From assembly GCA_050084985.1 (NCBI GenBank), contig JBITNC010000001.1, forward strand, positions 207,762,001 to 207,826,000: DNA of 64,000 nucleotides. The letters run 5' to 3'. This stretch comes from Nageia nagi (taxonomy: Eukaryota; Plantae; Pinophyta). Position 1 is the stretch's first letter, and each line of letters starts with the position of its first letter. The notes beneath the pieces were generated by a model. It ran no database searches and had not been told where the DNA came from. It saw nothing but the letters and a program-made list of their open reading frames with translations. The position numbers and the translations under genes were made by a program. Below are positions 13,170 through 25,051 of the stretch, in pieces.

Positions 13170-14720
13170 CAAACCTGCGCCTAACTCTAGGAGAGGGAGG
13201 TTTGGACCAATGTGCAAACTTCTTTGAGCAAAGTTGAAGGATTTTGGAGGCTCTTCAACCTCCATACTTAAGATTTGGATTTTAAATTTTGATTTTTTTG
13301 AAGAAAATATCCAAATTTTTCACTTTTTCAGCCCTTGAATCTTTTTGGAAGACAAAATTATGGTTTTTGGGAGTTTTTGTGGTCCAAATTGCACAAATGG
13401 AAGACCAAAATGGTGTAAAATCACACCACCTATCTCATGGAAACATAAAATAGCAAATTTGAGCAAGTTTAGGAGGCAAGAAGGCTTGGTGCAGGTTTTG
13501 GGCATGTTTGGGAAAGTTTTGAAAAGATCCAAAACTTGGTAAATCTCCCCCTAACTTTTTGGAGGGCAAATCTTAAGTTTTTTCAAAAATTCCAAGAGCA
13601 ATGTTGCTCAGCTTTGGATTTGCCACCCTACATTTCTCTCCAATTTTGATTTTTCAAATTTTTTGAAAATTTGGAAAATTTTTCAAGCTCTCCCAGTGGT
13701 TGATCCATTTTTTGTGATTTTGAGGGAGTAGATCCACTTTTTTTCAAAAACTTATGACATCAAACTAGCGCAAAATTGGATTTCAAGTTTTGAGGGCTTC
13801 CAAGCTTGGTGCAGGTTTTGGGGAGAATAGGCAAGTTTCGAATTTTGGGCAAATTAGGGAAAACATGCCATACCAGTGTCTAACTTTTTGGGGGGCAAAA
13901 ATTTGGTATGTTTGAAGATTCCAAGAGCAAAGTTGCTCCAATTTGGATTTGCCACCCTACCTCTTTCTTCTTTTTTGTTTTGGCCAACTCTGGAAAATTT
14001 TGGAGCTCTCTCATTGGCTGATCCAATTTTGATGATTTTGAAAGACTAAATCTCATTTTTTTGGAAAACTCAAATCATCAAACTTGTGTGAAATCCCATC
14101 TTACACCTCATGAAGATAAAAAATTTCAATTTTTTGCAATTTTTGGGTGCAAGAAGGGTGGGTGCTGGTTTTGGAGGAAATAGACCATTTTTGAAATTTG
14201 AGCAAGGGAAAGCTTGCAAAACCTGCACCTAGCTTTTTGAGGGGCATTCTTTGTGAATTTCCAAAAATTTCTAGAGCAAAGGTGCCTAAAATTGGATTTG
14301 GCATCACACCTTTCTCTTAGATTTTCATTTTGACAATTTTGGAAATTTGAAGCATTTCTATTGGCTGTCCTTTTTTCCTCTTGCTCATTTTCCTGTTTTT
14401 TCCACTTTTGAGGGAGCAAAACTTGTCGAAATTGCAAACTTGAAAGATCAATTTGATGTACAATTGCAATCTCCATGGTCCGAAGCTCAAAAATTCCACT
14501 TTTGAATCAATCTGGGCCTCCCAAAAGGTAGGCACAGGTTTTGAGGAGAATAGGCCTTTTTCGAGAATCATGAAAAAGAGCCAAAAGTTGGTAAACTCCC
14601 CCCTAGAATCTCGGAGGGCAAAACTTGAGTTTTTTTTGAAATTTTCAAGAGCAAAGTTGCCTTAATTTGTCATTTGGCATCACACCTTTTTCTCTGATTT
14701 TTATTTTGAGAACTTTGAAA
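13170..14720. repeat. Degenerate tandem repeat, ~330-375-bp unit, 4-5 copies
   Basis: The motif ..ccaagagcaaagttgc..ttggatttg(c/g)ca.. recurs at ~13227, 13596, 13925, 14274 and 14649. ggtgcaggttttg-like motifs lie at ~13488, 13808, 14161 and 14530. Confidence 0.75.
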
Positions 14721-16242
14721 AAACTCATTTTTCTAGGATCAACCCACGCTTCTTAGACGTCAAAACTCTTACTTTTTGATTTCAACCCCTAAGGACACTC
14801 AAACTTGCTTTTCTGATCAATTCTAGGCCCAACTGTACACTCCCGGTCTTTTTTGTCTTTTACAAGCCCAAAATGTGCATTTCCGGCATTTTCGGGCATT
14901 TCCGAGCTCAAACGGTGCAAAAACGATCATTTTTGGCATTTTCAAGTTCAAAGTCTGCACTTTCGTACATTTCCGGCATTTTCGGACTCAAAATGTGCAA
15001 AAACGCACATTTTCACCATACTGACCACTTCCAGGCTCAAGATTGACAAAAACGTGCTTTTCCGTGATAGTGACCATTTTCCAGCTTCTCAGGCTCAAAA
15101 GTGACCAAAATGCGCTCTTTTTGCCATATTTGCTATTCATTCAAAAACTCCACTTTCCGGTTGCTGTTGTGACCCAAAACTCCATCCTGTGAGATGTTGC
15201 TTGCAACTGGGCCCTGACCTGGCCACTGGATACGCTGAACTCTTTTCATGACTCTGGGGCATGGTGTTGCGCTGCTCGATCATCTGGCCGCTCTGAATCT
15301 TTACTTTTGGCCATAGACTGATCATACCTAGGCAATGTCACTCATTGCCATTGCAAAAATTGGGTCCCCAAAATGCTGCATCTTGGGGTGTAGGAGCTTG
15401 GTGCTGAATCGGTTGCACTAACAACACCCAAAAATAAATTCATAGAATTAAAACTCCTCTAAGATGTCTTCAAGTTTTATTTATCCAGAAAATAATTCCG
15501 GATCACCATCACAACATCACTATAGTTCACTGTTCAACATCATCCGTTACATTTTCACAAAGCACCAAAGGCATATAGCTAGGAGTTATGGAAAACCTAG
15601 TTCAATGTGCAAAATGTTATTTACCGTTTTACTTCTACTGAACAGCAATACAAGGGCATCTTGGCAGAGAAAGGGTACGTTGGCAGATATGTTTTTGTGA
15701 GAAGGCTTTGATGTTCATTTTTTTGTTGGTTGGTAAATGGTATCCCAGTGCCCTTCTGATCTGCACAATTCGGAATTATCATACATCTAGAAGCTCTTAA
15801 CCATCACATCATCAATACACTTCAACATCATCCATGATGTCATCATAATGCACCAGCATCATCATCGTAAGCTGCTGTTGGGATTCAAACATTGATGAGT
15901 TTCCAAACACCCTAATGAGTGCTATTTTTAGTCTTACTTTTACCAAACAACAATGCAAGCTCCCTTGGCAGAGAAGTTTTTGTGAGAAGGCTTTGATATT
16001 AATGTGAAGAACAAAATGAGAAATCATATGAAGTCGTAGGTTTCTTGTTTTGTGCATATAGCGGGATGTGATTAATCTCCCAGAATATTTTTAAAGCAAA
16101 TCCAGATTCAGAAGTCGCAGAATTTGTTCATATTTGTTTGCTGATTGCCCTTTTTTTCATAAAATGATCTAGCACATTTTTTTTTCAATATACAGAAATT
16201 GTGTTAACACCTTGTATTTTATTCTTTGTTGTTTTTATGTAG

Positions 16243-16381
16243 GTTGCATTGAAAACATTGATTGTTATCCACAGAACTTCGAGGGAGGGAGATCCTACTT
16301 TCAGGGAAGAGCTGTTGAACTTTTCACACAGAGGACATATTCTTCAGATATCCAATTTCAAGGATGACTCAAGTCCTATTG
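16243..16381 (+). CDS. PICALM: PICALM-like exon (first visible; ANTH domain)
   Basis: tgtag|GTTGCATTG..CCTATTG|gtaaaa; [46 protein letters not shown]. Confidence 0.93.
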
Positions 16382-19300
16382 GTAAAATGCGACTCGAATT
16401 ACTGCGTAGAAGATAAATAGGAAATTATTTGATTTTGATATGTCAAATGTGTTTTATGTGATGTAATCATTATTTCCCTTTTTGTATGGTTATGAATGCT
16501 TTAGAGGCATTTCTGTGGGACTTAACCATCAGTATCTTACCCGTTTTGTCCTTCTTTTTTGCAGCTTGGGACTGTTCTGCATGGGTTCGCACATACGCAT
16601 TGTTCTTGGAAGAGCGTTTGGAGTGCTTTAGAGTTCTAAAGTATGACGTGGAAGCGGAGCGTTTATCTTCAAGACCAGCAAATGGACAGGAGAAGGTGTG
16701 ATATGGGATGGAATAGGTCGTTTTGAGTGCTTAAAGCATTTAATTGGCTCTTCGTGATTTCAACTTTAAATACGTTTTTCCACTATTTCAGGGTCATAGC
16801 AGAACAAGGGACTTGAGTACTGATGATCTCCTAGAACATTTGCCTGCTTTGCAACAATTACTCTATCGCCTTCTTGGCTGCCAGGTAGTCATCTGATAGT
16901 ATTTGAGACTTCTATGGGTATATTGAGCAGTTATTGTACTACTGCTTCTCTTTGCATGTTTAAACATTTTTGTTCTTGGTTGTGAAGTTCACTGTCTTTT
17001 CTTTGGTATTTTGACATATTCCATTGATAATTCTTATTTTATTATATAATGAAATTATTTTCAGCCTGAGGGAGCAGCTGTTGGGAACTACGTTATTCAA
17101 TATGCACTGGCATTGGTAAAACTATCAGTTTCTCTTTGCTGCTGTGGTTATAGATTGTAAATTTGGTGTTACTAAAGTTATCTGCTTTCAAGAATGATAC
17201 ATGGGTTATCAGCAAAAAAATGTTATGGAATTATTGAAACACCCGTTTTAGCTTCCTGCAATTTCTGTGATTTTGTGCATATGCAGATAGGAATACAGAA
17301 TTGGTTTAAATGGTTTTAATCTTTTTGTAGTTTTGGTATATGTTTTTAAATCCCTTTGTCTGCAGGTTTTGAAGGAAAGTTTTAAGATATATTGTGCTAT
17401 CAATGATGGTATTATTAATCTGGTAGACAAGGTAAGCTAACTTCATTTTATGGATTTCTTTAGTTTTAGTTGTTTCCCTTGATGTTTTAATACTTAATGT
17501 AAGCCGGATATCTTTGCTTGTAGTTTTTTGAGATGCCAAGACATGAGGCAATTAAAGCCCTTGATATTTATAGAAGATCTTTGCAACAGGTATCTGGTTT
17601 TTCTATTTTGGTTTTACCTTCTTTTTACCTAGTTTGATTACATTTACAACTTGATCATTTTGGTCAATGTTCAGAGTTTGCTTAGTTAATTTTGACTACT
17701 AATTCTACAAGGCTGACAGCTGAGTGATATGTATTCTGTTTGTAGGCTGAGCGTCTCAAAATCTTTTATGAGATATGCAAAGGCTTGGAGCTTGCTCGAA
17801 ACTTCCAGTTTCCTGAGTTGCGTCCGGTCTGTAAACCATCTGCATCATTTCTTTTGCATTTTCTCAAAAGCTGTATCAGTGTAAATTACTGTCTGTCACA
17901 AGTTTGAACATAAACTAATGCAATTATGAAGTAATTTGAGCCTGTTTTCTTTTTCTTTGGATTCAGCATCCCGAAACATTTCTATCAACTATGGAAGAAT
18001 ATATTCGAGATGCCCCTCGTGTGGTTCCAGTTGCAAGAGAGACACTTGCATTGGTGAGGAAAAATTTTCACTTATGTTTCATATGCATTATGATTATATT
18101 ACAGCCATATTTACACGGTATGTTTAATTGGTCTTTTATGAAATCAAGTTCAACTTTGTATGGTGAACTTTTGTGTGGTGATTTGAATTGGTCAGTATGT
18201 AGAAGAGAATGTTACAATACCTAAAGCACCACTACCAATCAACATCATTTAGATTTACATCATAACAATTCTTGTATTTCATTGTCTTGTTTTCATAGAA
18301 CTGGGAACACATATAATGATGTAGATACAGAACAGAAAGTAGTTGAAGAATGTGATTCATTTATGCTGGTTTTCATAAGGACTAAATTTAGCAAATCTAT
18401 ACATGAATTTGGGATCCTCTGAATTAACGTCCATTCCTTTTAGTTGGACACTTTTCCTTGTGGAGATAGGCGGAGATCAATATTTATGCATGTAATATTT
18501 TTGGTCTTCTTTGGTTCCAAATCTGTTATGGTTTATTTTGTGAAAGAAAGAAGATAACTAGGGTGGTGAAGAACTGCGTGGCTGCTTTATGAAGGTCCAC
18601 CTTTCTGGTGCTAAAAGAGCCATGTGGTAATCAATGGCTGAGATGTCTGCGGAGTATTTCAATCTGCTAGCAAAACTTGAAAACTGGGGTTGTTCTTAGA
18701 AGCTAATTTTGGATCAAGTAATCTTAAAAAAGTGTAGGACACCTATAGCTTAACAACTGTAGTATATGTCTTTTGCAACATGCACGACAATGCGATGGCT
18801 TACCTTCTCTCTGGTGGTGACAATAACTTGTGAAATCAATTGTGCCTTTTTCTTCAACAAACAATCATCAAGGTTACACGGAGTCTTGGGGATGAGGACG
18901 GCAGGAAGCAGGGGACAGGGACCTATTTTTAGGAAACATAGGGGTACGACTGAGGGAGACAGCAATATGGTCTATTAGTAATTAGCAATTATACTTGAGA
19001 CGTAAAATTATTGCCCATGATCTGCGATGTGATTTTCATTGCTTTTAAAATTTCAAATGAAAGTCCAGCTGGTAAGTTAGATATCTGCCTTGTAAAACTA
19101 TTGTAGATTGGTTTCGAGTTCAGATTCTTAAATGTTGAGAGCTACAATACAAGCCATGGTGAAGCTATTGTGGTGATATTCTTTGGTTTGTGCTTCTTCT
19201 GTCCTTGTGTGTTAAAGATGTAGAAGTTTCCTATAAATACTTTATATTATACAATTTTTTTAAAAAAAGGGGCATGAAAAGTATTTAATTATTTAAAAAT

Positions 19301-22300
19301 ACATTACATGAAAAATTCTATTGAATTTATTATGCTTTTTAAAATTGAACTATAAAACACTATTAAAAGTCACACTTGGTGATCCATATTCATTAAAAAG
19401 TTTATTATCTTGAACTTAGAACTTTGATAAGATTAAAAATTATGACACAAAAATCAAAGTATTCTCGTCAAGGTAAAAATATGTAGCAATGAAAATTTAT
19501 ATAATTTTCAGAATAACAGAAATAAAAACTAAAATAATATAATTATATGAAAATTGATTAAAATAAAAATATTAGTTTTCATGCATATTCAATTGATTAG
19601 AATGTGTTTTCAAAGTTGATGTCCCTTAGTGTTCTATTAGGTTAAATATATGTATTTTCCATATCTGAACTAGTCATGCAGTTGGAATGCATATATGATA
19701 TATGTGTCTGCAACAAGCAATTCAATATGGTAACACGAGTTTGCTTTTGAATGTTCAACCATATCAAGAGGGAATGTTGAGACTACTATTTCAGCATAAT
19801 AACTGATACCTTGAATATCAAGTTATTGAATAGCTACCAAAGCAATGCATACACAGTAAATGTCACATGAAATGCGATCAGGTAACTGATACTGTTCACT
19901 TGAAGACATGGGCTCATATGTGAAATAGATTGCACGTATATTGTGTCTTCCGTATGAGTTTGGCAGTCACAGCAGGAAAAATCAGCTAATATCCCCAGAC
20001 CTATATTGTAATTTTGCCTTCTCCTTAAGCTTATGTATATGCATACTTTAACTGAAATATACAATGTATTGATGCCACACATTTTGTCTGTTGAAAACCT
20101 TCAAATTGAAAGTGGCTAAAATGATGACGGTTAGTAGGGTTTGTTGGGACTCGAGCATATTCTAACTTCATCAATCATAGTATCCAAGATTATTGTGACA
20201 ATAACAGCATAGGAACATTTGATTGCATATGACATACGAGTCTAGCTACATAAAGTTTAGATTAGTGAAACGAGAATTCCTGTAGCCTGCCACAGAAAGA
20301 TTGTGAACTATTAGGATACGATTGCAAATGAAATATATTTTACATGATGAAGGACTGCAAGAACAAAATTATTGTACTATCTAACCTTGAGGAGGGAAAG
20401 AGTGAATTTAGATCCTGTGCAATGTTGTCTAAAGAAACGATTTACTGTTCTCTTTGTGTCTCAATTTCGAAATTCTGACATTAGCATTGCATCTAGAATT
20501 ACAGGATTCGATTTGTGTCTCTAATTGAGCTAGGTATCTGCTGAAAATTTATCAAATGCACATTTATGAATAAGCTATTGCCTTAACATGATTGCCATCA
20601 GTGCAGCATGACTTGATAAAAATCAAACTAAAGTCAATGGCTGACTTGAGTAAGAATTTTAGGGTTCTAACAATTGTCATTGGAATCGATTGCCTTTCCT
20701 ATATATACATATTTATTTGGTTGGGCTGATGGCAAAATATTTTTCTGGATCAGGAATATCATCCGACAAATCTTCTGACCTATAAGCCAGAAGAAGATCC
20801 TCATTCGGAAGACAAAAAAGAATTAGAAAAAGAAGCTCCAGTGGTTGAAGCTCTTCCCCAAGAGAGTGCTATTGTAACGGTGGCTTCTGCAGAGACTAGT
20901 GATTTACTGGTAAATACTAAACTACATGCAATAATTTGAGGGCTTCATTCTTTCAATATTATATTAACTATTTTTGTATAGTTTTATATTTGTAACATGA
21001 GCATTATCTTTTAATTCATCAACTATGCTGTTATCTGTTAATCTAACTGCTATGTGCATTATCTACTAATCCAGAAATTTAATTTTCTTTGTTTAGGGTC
21101 TGAGTGAGCCAAATCCTGATCCCTCGGCTCTGGAGGAAAGCAATGCTTTGGCTTTAGCTATTGTTACATCTGGTAAAGAGTGTAGTTATGTGCTAATTTT
21201 ATTTAAATCAGCTGTTTAAGTGAATATATTATAAGTTTTGTTCAACTGTAGGCATGAATGATCTTGTTTGTACTGATTTAGCCGAACTATTTGGCTTATT
21301 TTCTTTTCTTGAGATGCTCCAATTTCTCATGATTCTAATGGTGTCCCTGGGATGGGACTGGATTCTACTGGGTGGGAATTGGCTTTGGTTTCTACACCAA
21401 GCGGCAACAGTAGTAGTCTCACAGATAGTAAACTGGTAGGTGTTATCCTTCTAACTGATCCATATAGATGCTATAGAATTTTATTACTTGGCAGATATTA
21501 GCATGCTTGATATCAATTTGTAAGCTTGTGCTATTACTGAATACCTATATAATCATGATATTCCTGGGTCATACTAGCCAATTTGATTTATCCAACATCC
21601 TTGTGCAAAGGTGATCCTTTTATGACATTACCTTAATACAATTCTTACCTGCCTTGCTTTTTGCATTGCTTCTACTTCTTGCTAAATAAAAGTACTCTAA
21701 ACTGCATAATCTGAAAACTTAGAAAGTGCTTCAGATCCTGGAAGTCATTTGGATCTCTTAAATTTTTACTCTGTTTTCTTTAAACAACAGTGCTTCATAA
21801 TATTTTTGAATGGCTCATATTTTGTACTGAAGAACATCTATTATATGATCATCTTAGAGATGCTATCATGCAAGATTCTTTCTCAACCTGCTCCACTGTA
21901 GACCATATTAATAGGACTGTCTAAAAACACCCGACTTTTTCGTGTTCTTCAACCAAAGCGAGTTGAGTTGACTTTTTCGTATTTATTTGTAGTTTACTCA
22001 GATTCAAGACATTCCTAGGACCAATAATAATTTACACGTTCAAAGGTTCTGTGTGATTTCTTTTTGATGGCAACTTGGAAGCATTAATAGACAACTAAGA
22101 ATGTAAAAATAACCATCTATCTCACATGTACAGCCATTACCATAATTTGAGCATAAACAAGAAAAAAATGCAGCGCACAACAGAGAACGTAACACAAGAG
22201 ATATGGAAACCCCACAAGGAGTTAGTGATAATGTTGGAAGATGAAACACAAGTGAGGAACAATAGATGTCTTTTTAGCGGGTGGTTGCTCTTGCAAATAA

Positions 22301-25051
22301 GTTTCCAAATACCTAAACCTCATCTAAAAGGTTGGTATTGGTCATATTAAGTGACATAGCTTTCAATGAATATATTAAATGCCATTATACAAGTTCTATC
22401 ATATTGAGTGTATAACCCTCATCACATATAATGTAACCTTACCTGAACAAAAAGTCCCAAGTACTTTTATAGTCTTAGCAAAGTGATGCTAAGGAAGGGT
22501 TGGTATCATGTCTCAACAGTCACCCCTAAATGGAAGCCTCAACCAAAGCCTTGGTGAAAGTATATGTTAGGACTCTCTTTGGAAGAACATAGAGAGATGG
22601 TTTTGGAGAATTTCTAGACATTGAACTAAATAATAAATATATATCTTAATGGAACAAGCCAGGTGCAGTTATTTGGAGTTGGGACATGTGTCTCCAGAGC
22701 AACCAAAGTTTTATTTGAGATACTCAGATTGGACAGGTCATTCTACAGCTGTGCTGTTGTGTCTGTACAAGATTTGTTCATTCCTTCATGCAAAACGATT
22801 TCATACACTAACTCGTACAACTATTTAACTCAAATAAAAATATGCAGCATTGAGGTTCCATTTCCTATAGATTTTCTTTTTGACACTGTGCTAAGCTTTA
22901 TCTATTCTATGCATTATTCCATTTTGAGATAAAGGTTTCTGTGAGATTAATTGCCCAGTTCAATATCCTTTTTCGCATCTTATTTTCACTTGTGTACAGA
23001 TTCCCCACATATGCTAGAGATGTGTATGTGGGCCTAGAATTGTTGAATATTCTTCTTGCTGTTATGAAACTACGTTTTTAGACCTTAGCACACCAAGGAG
23101 CAGTTCACCGGAAAAATGGCAGGGCTACTGAAGTGATAACGAGCCAATTTAGAATGAAGTGTCCAACAATCAGTAATATCAATAGTAGTCTATCCTGACT
23201 TCTTGTAAACTTCTGTGTTTTAGTTTATCAGTATCCTTTATTTCCGTAATGATTGAGGACTTTGTGGTCTGAATTTACTGTTAATCTAGCCATGTAATTA
23301 GTCTCGCATTTCAACAATTATCACTAAAATTAATGAAAATAGTTCATCTTGGCTTGTTCTAGGCTTCTGCCTTTTTGTTTCAGTATCCTAAATTTTCATA
23401 CTGATTTTTGAACTTGCAGTCTGAGTTTACTGCTTGTTTACCCATGCAGTTAGTTTCATATTTCCGACGTACACATGTATACACTATACAATGTTTGAGA
23501 AAGGGCTTACTATTTCGTTGAGCTTTCAAGTAGTTTTAAACATTACATTTCAAGGCGTTGTTCAAAGTTTGTCTTGTTTATTGTATATTTGGAGTCTCTT
23601 ATTTTTGTAATTGCTTGCTTTTAAAATTCAAGACTGGCTGAAATTGCACAGTTCTCTGTCACGTTGCTTCTTCTTGTAACAAGATCAATTCTTTTGAAAC
23701 CTGGTATTATCATCGAAGTTGATCATTGCCCCGCATGCTCTATCTTTACCAGCTTTGTTTCTATTCGTCTGTATAGTTCCTTGACTGTTCTATTCTCTGT
23801 AGATTGGTTCAGTGCATCATTTGGGGCCCATTGTCAAACAATCTGATTTTCTTTTAATTAATTTCCCCAATCTTACGCTGCCTGACCCTTGGCTTTAATA
23901 ATATCAGTAATAATTGCATTTAACTTCCTTGTTTGATTCTACTTTAATTCAAAGCAGTTTATCGCTTGGCATGAGTGAGGAACTGCATGAATATTTTAAT
24001 CTGTAACATTGTGGAGTACTACATCGCTGAATTGAATTACTACATTTTTGTCTCTCTTATTAGATAAGAGAATAGGATAAGTTGCTTAATGGCATGACTT
24101 GAGTTAGCAACCACATGAATGTGTTAGTTTTTAATATTGCGGAGGAGCGTCATATCCTTTCAGTGAATGACTACATCATGGTCTTTTTTTAGATCACAGA
24201 ATAGATAACCTGCTTTAACAGTATATTATCATGAAGTTTCAGTTGGACCCCAAATAAAGATGTGTTCTTCACTTCTGTTCATGGGTAAGCTGCCTGCCAG
24301 TTTCTTCATCGATAATCATAGTCATTGAAACATTTTGGGGAAATTTAATGAATTCTCAAAGAAACATATGGACTCAAGTTGCCTATATAGTCAGCATTGT
24401 CGCAAATAATATTCTCTGCATGCTTGATCTTTTTTGTTAGTTATCCAACTTTTGATTATTGATTGTCTGGCTTAATTGTGGAAATATTTTGTACATAATG
24501 TCAACAAGTGTTAGCTTTGTGCTACTTTTCCATTTGTAGGAATGGTGAATTTGATCCTAGAAATTGAAAGAATGTATAAGTAACCATCCTTTGGGTGTCT
24601 TCTCTATAGATTGATCTTTACTCTACAATTAACAGCAACCATTCATTTATGCTTTTATTAGGCTGGGGGCTTTGACAAGCTTACATTGGAAAGCTTATAC
24701 GATGATGCGACGATGCGACAAACTGCATATAATGCACAAGGGGTTTATGGAATGGGTCCATATGGAAACAATCCTTTTGAGGCCAACCCTATAATGTCAT
24801 CTGGTGTACATGATCCCTTTGCAATGTCGAACAGTATTGCACCACCTACCAATGTTCAGATGGCAGCAATGGCTCAGCAGCAACATGCAATGATGCTTCA
24901 GCAACAGCCGCAACAGATGATGCCACTGCTCCCACCAGCGAATTCAATCCAGCCAGCTGCAAACCCTTTCGGTGATCCATTTGAAACAGGTTATCCTTAT
25001 CACATAAATCCTCATGAGAATAACCCATTCGGGAATCCTGGCTTGCTGTAA
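16243..25051 (+). CDS. PICALM: ANTH/ENTH-domain clathrin assembly protein (PICALM/AP180/ECA1-like), 5'-partial; 12 coding exons: 16243-16381, 16565-16695, 16792-16884, 17065-17115, 17366-17431, 17524-17589, 17746-17826, 17967-18053, 20754-20909, 21097-21172, 21314-21435, 24662-25051
   Basis: Exons joined at GT..AG give one open frame of 1458 nt (485 aa + TAA): [135 protein letters not shown], then a C-terminal NPF/DPF-rich tail. This is typical of plant PICALM1/2-group proteins (Arabidopsis At2g01600/At5g57200 type, from memory). The N-terminal ~85 aa were not found in the window. Confidence 0.95.
16565..16695 (+). CDS. PICALM: PICALM-like exon
   Basis: tttgcag|CTTGGGAC..GAGAAG|gtgtga; [44 protein letters not shown]. 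Confidence 0.93.
16792..16884 (+). CDS. PICALM: PICALM-like exon
   Basis: tttcag|GGTCAT..TGCCAG|gtagtc; [31 protein letters not shown]. Confidence 0.92.
17065..17115 (+). CDS. PICALM: PICALM-like exon
   Basis: tttcag|CCTGAG..GCATTG|gtaaaa; [17 protein letters not shown]. Confidence 0.92.
17366..17431 (+). CDS. PICALM: PICALM-like exon
   Basis: ctgcag|GTTTTG..GACAAG|gtaagc; [22 protein letters not shown]. Confidence 0.93.
17524..17589 (+). CDS. PICALM: PICALM-like exon
   Basis: ttgtag|TTTTTTGAG..CAACAG|gtatct; [22 protein letters not shown]. Confidence 0.92.
17746..17826 (+). CDS. PICALM: PICALM-like exon
   Basis: ttgtag|GCTGAG..CGTCCG|gtctgt; [27 protein letters not shown]. Confidence 0.92.
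17967..18053 (+). CDS. PICALM: PICALM-like exon
   Basis: attcag|CATCCC..GCATTG|gtgagg; [29 protein letters not shown]. Confidence 0.9.
20754..20909 (+). CDS. PICALM: PICALM-like exon
   Basis: gatcag|GAATAT..TTACTG|gtaaat; [22 protein letters not shown] (LLTYKP and DLL motifs). Confidence 0.88.
21097..21172 (+). CDS. PICALM: PICALM-like exon
   Basis: gtttag|GGTCTG..ACATCTG|gtaaag; [25 protein letters not shown]. Confidence 0.9.
21314..21435 (+). CDS. PICALM: PICALM-like exon (GAG acceptor)
   Basis: ttcttgag|ATGCTCC..AAACTG|gtaggt; [41 protein letters not shown]. This is the only nearby AG that keeps the GWELALV frame. Confidence 0.85.
24662..25051 (+). CDS. PICALM: PICALM-like terminal coding exon
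   Basis: ttattag|GCTGGGGGC..CTGTAA; [62 protein letters not shown]. Confidence 0.93.
   Translation, partial: AGGFDKLTLESLYDDATMRQTAYNAQGVYGMGPYGNNPFEANPIMSSGVHDPFAMSNSIAPPTNVQMAAMAQQQHAMMLQQQPQQMMPLLPPANSIQPAANPFGDPFETGYPYHINPHENNPFGNPGLL

Larger units (their letters stand above)
7405..15423 (-). mobile_element. ~8-kb retroelement segment (giant LTR-like or accessory region of an Ogre/Tat-like element) carrying a large accessory ORF
   Basis: Ends ..gttgcactaaca at 15423 (minus start TGTTAGTGC) against unique intron sequence. Contains ~350-bp sub-repeats (13170-14720), a minus-strand TATA/CT-rich leader (~13045), a long ORF (9124-12159) and a second minus-strand TATA (~8922). No gag/pol motifs. 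Confidence 0.6.

Noticed and set aside
12172-15325. Several 60-116 aa ORFs in the track (e.g. 12172-12483, 14126-14476)
   Set aside because: K/F/N-rich translations of A/T-tract repeats on both strands, with no domain motifs.
15424-16242. Candidate location of the missing PICALM 5' exons, including ORF 15464-15700 and a ~60-bp direct repeat (15640-15715 / 15945-16000)
   Set aside because: No frame resembles the ANTH N-terminus; the repeat is a small local duplication with no further structure.
18720-19800. Possible MITE/hAT remnant in the long PICALM intron (gggga-rich patch, AT-rich block)
   Set aside because: No convincing TIR pair, TSD or transposase motif could be read by eye.
21254-21439. 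61-aa [12 protein letters not shown].. as an independent gene
   Set aside because: It is an alternative frame overlapping a PICALM exon.
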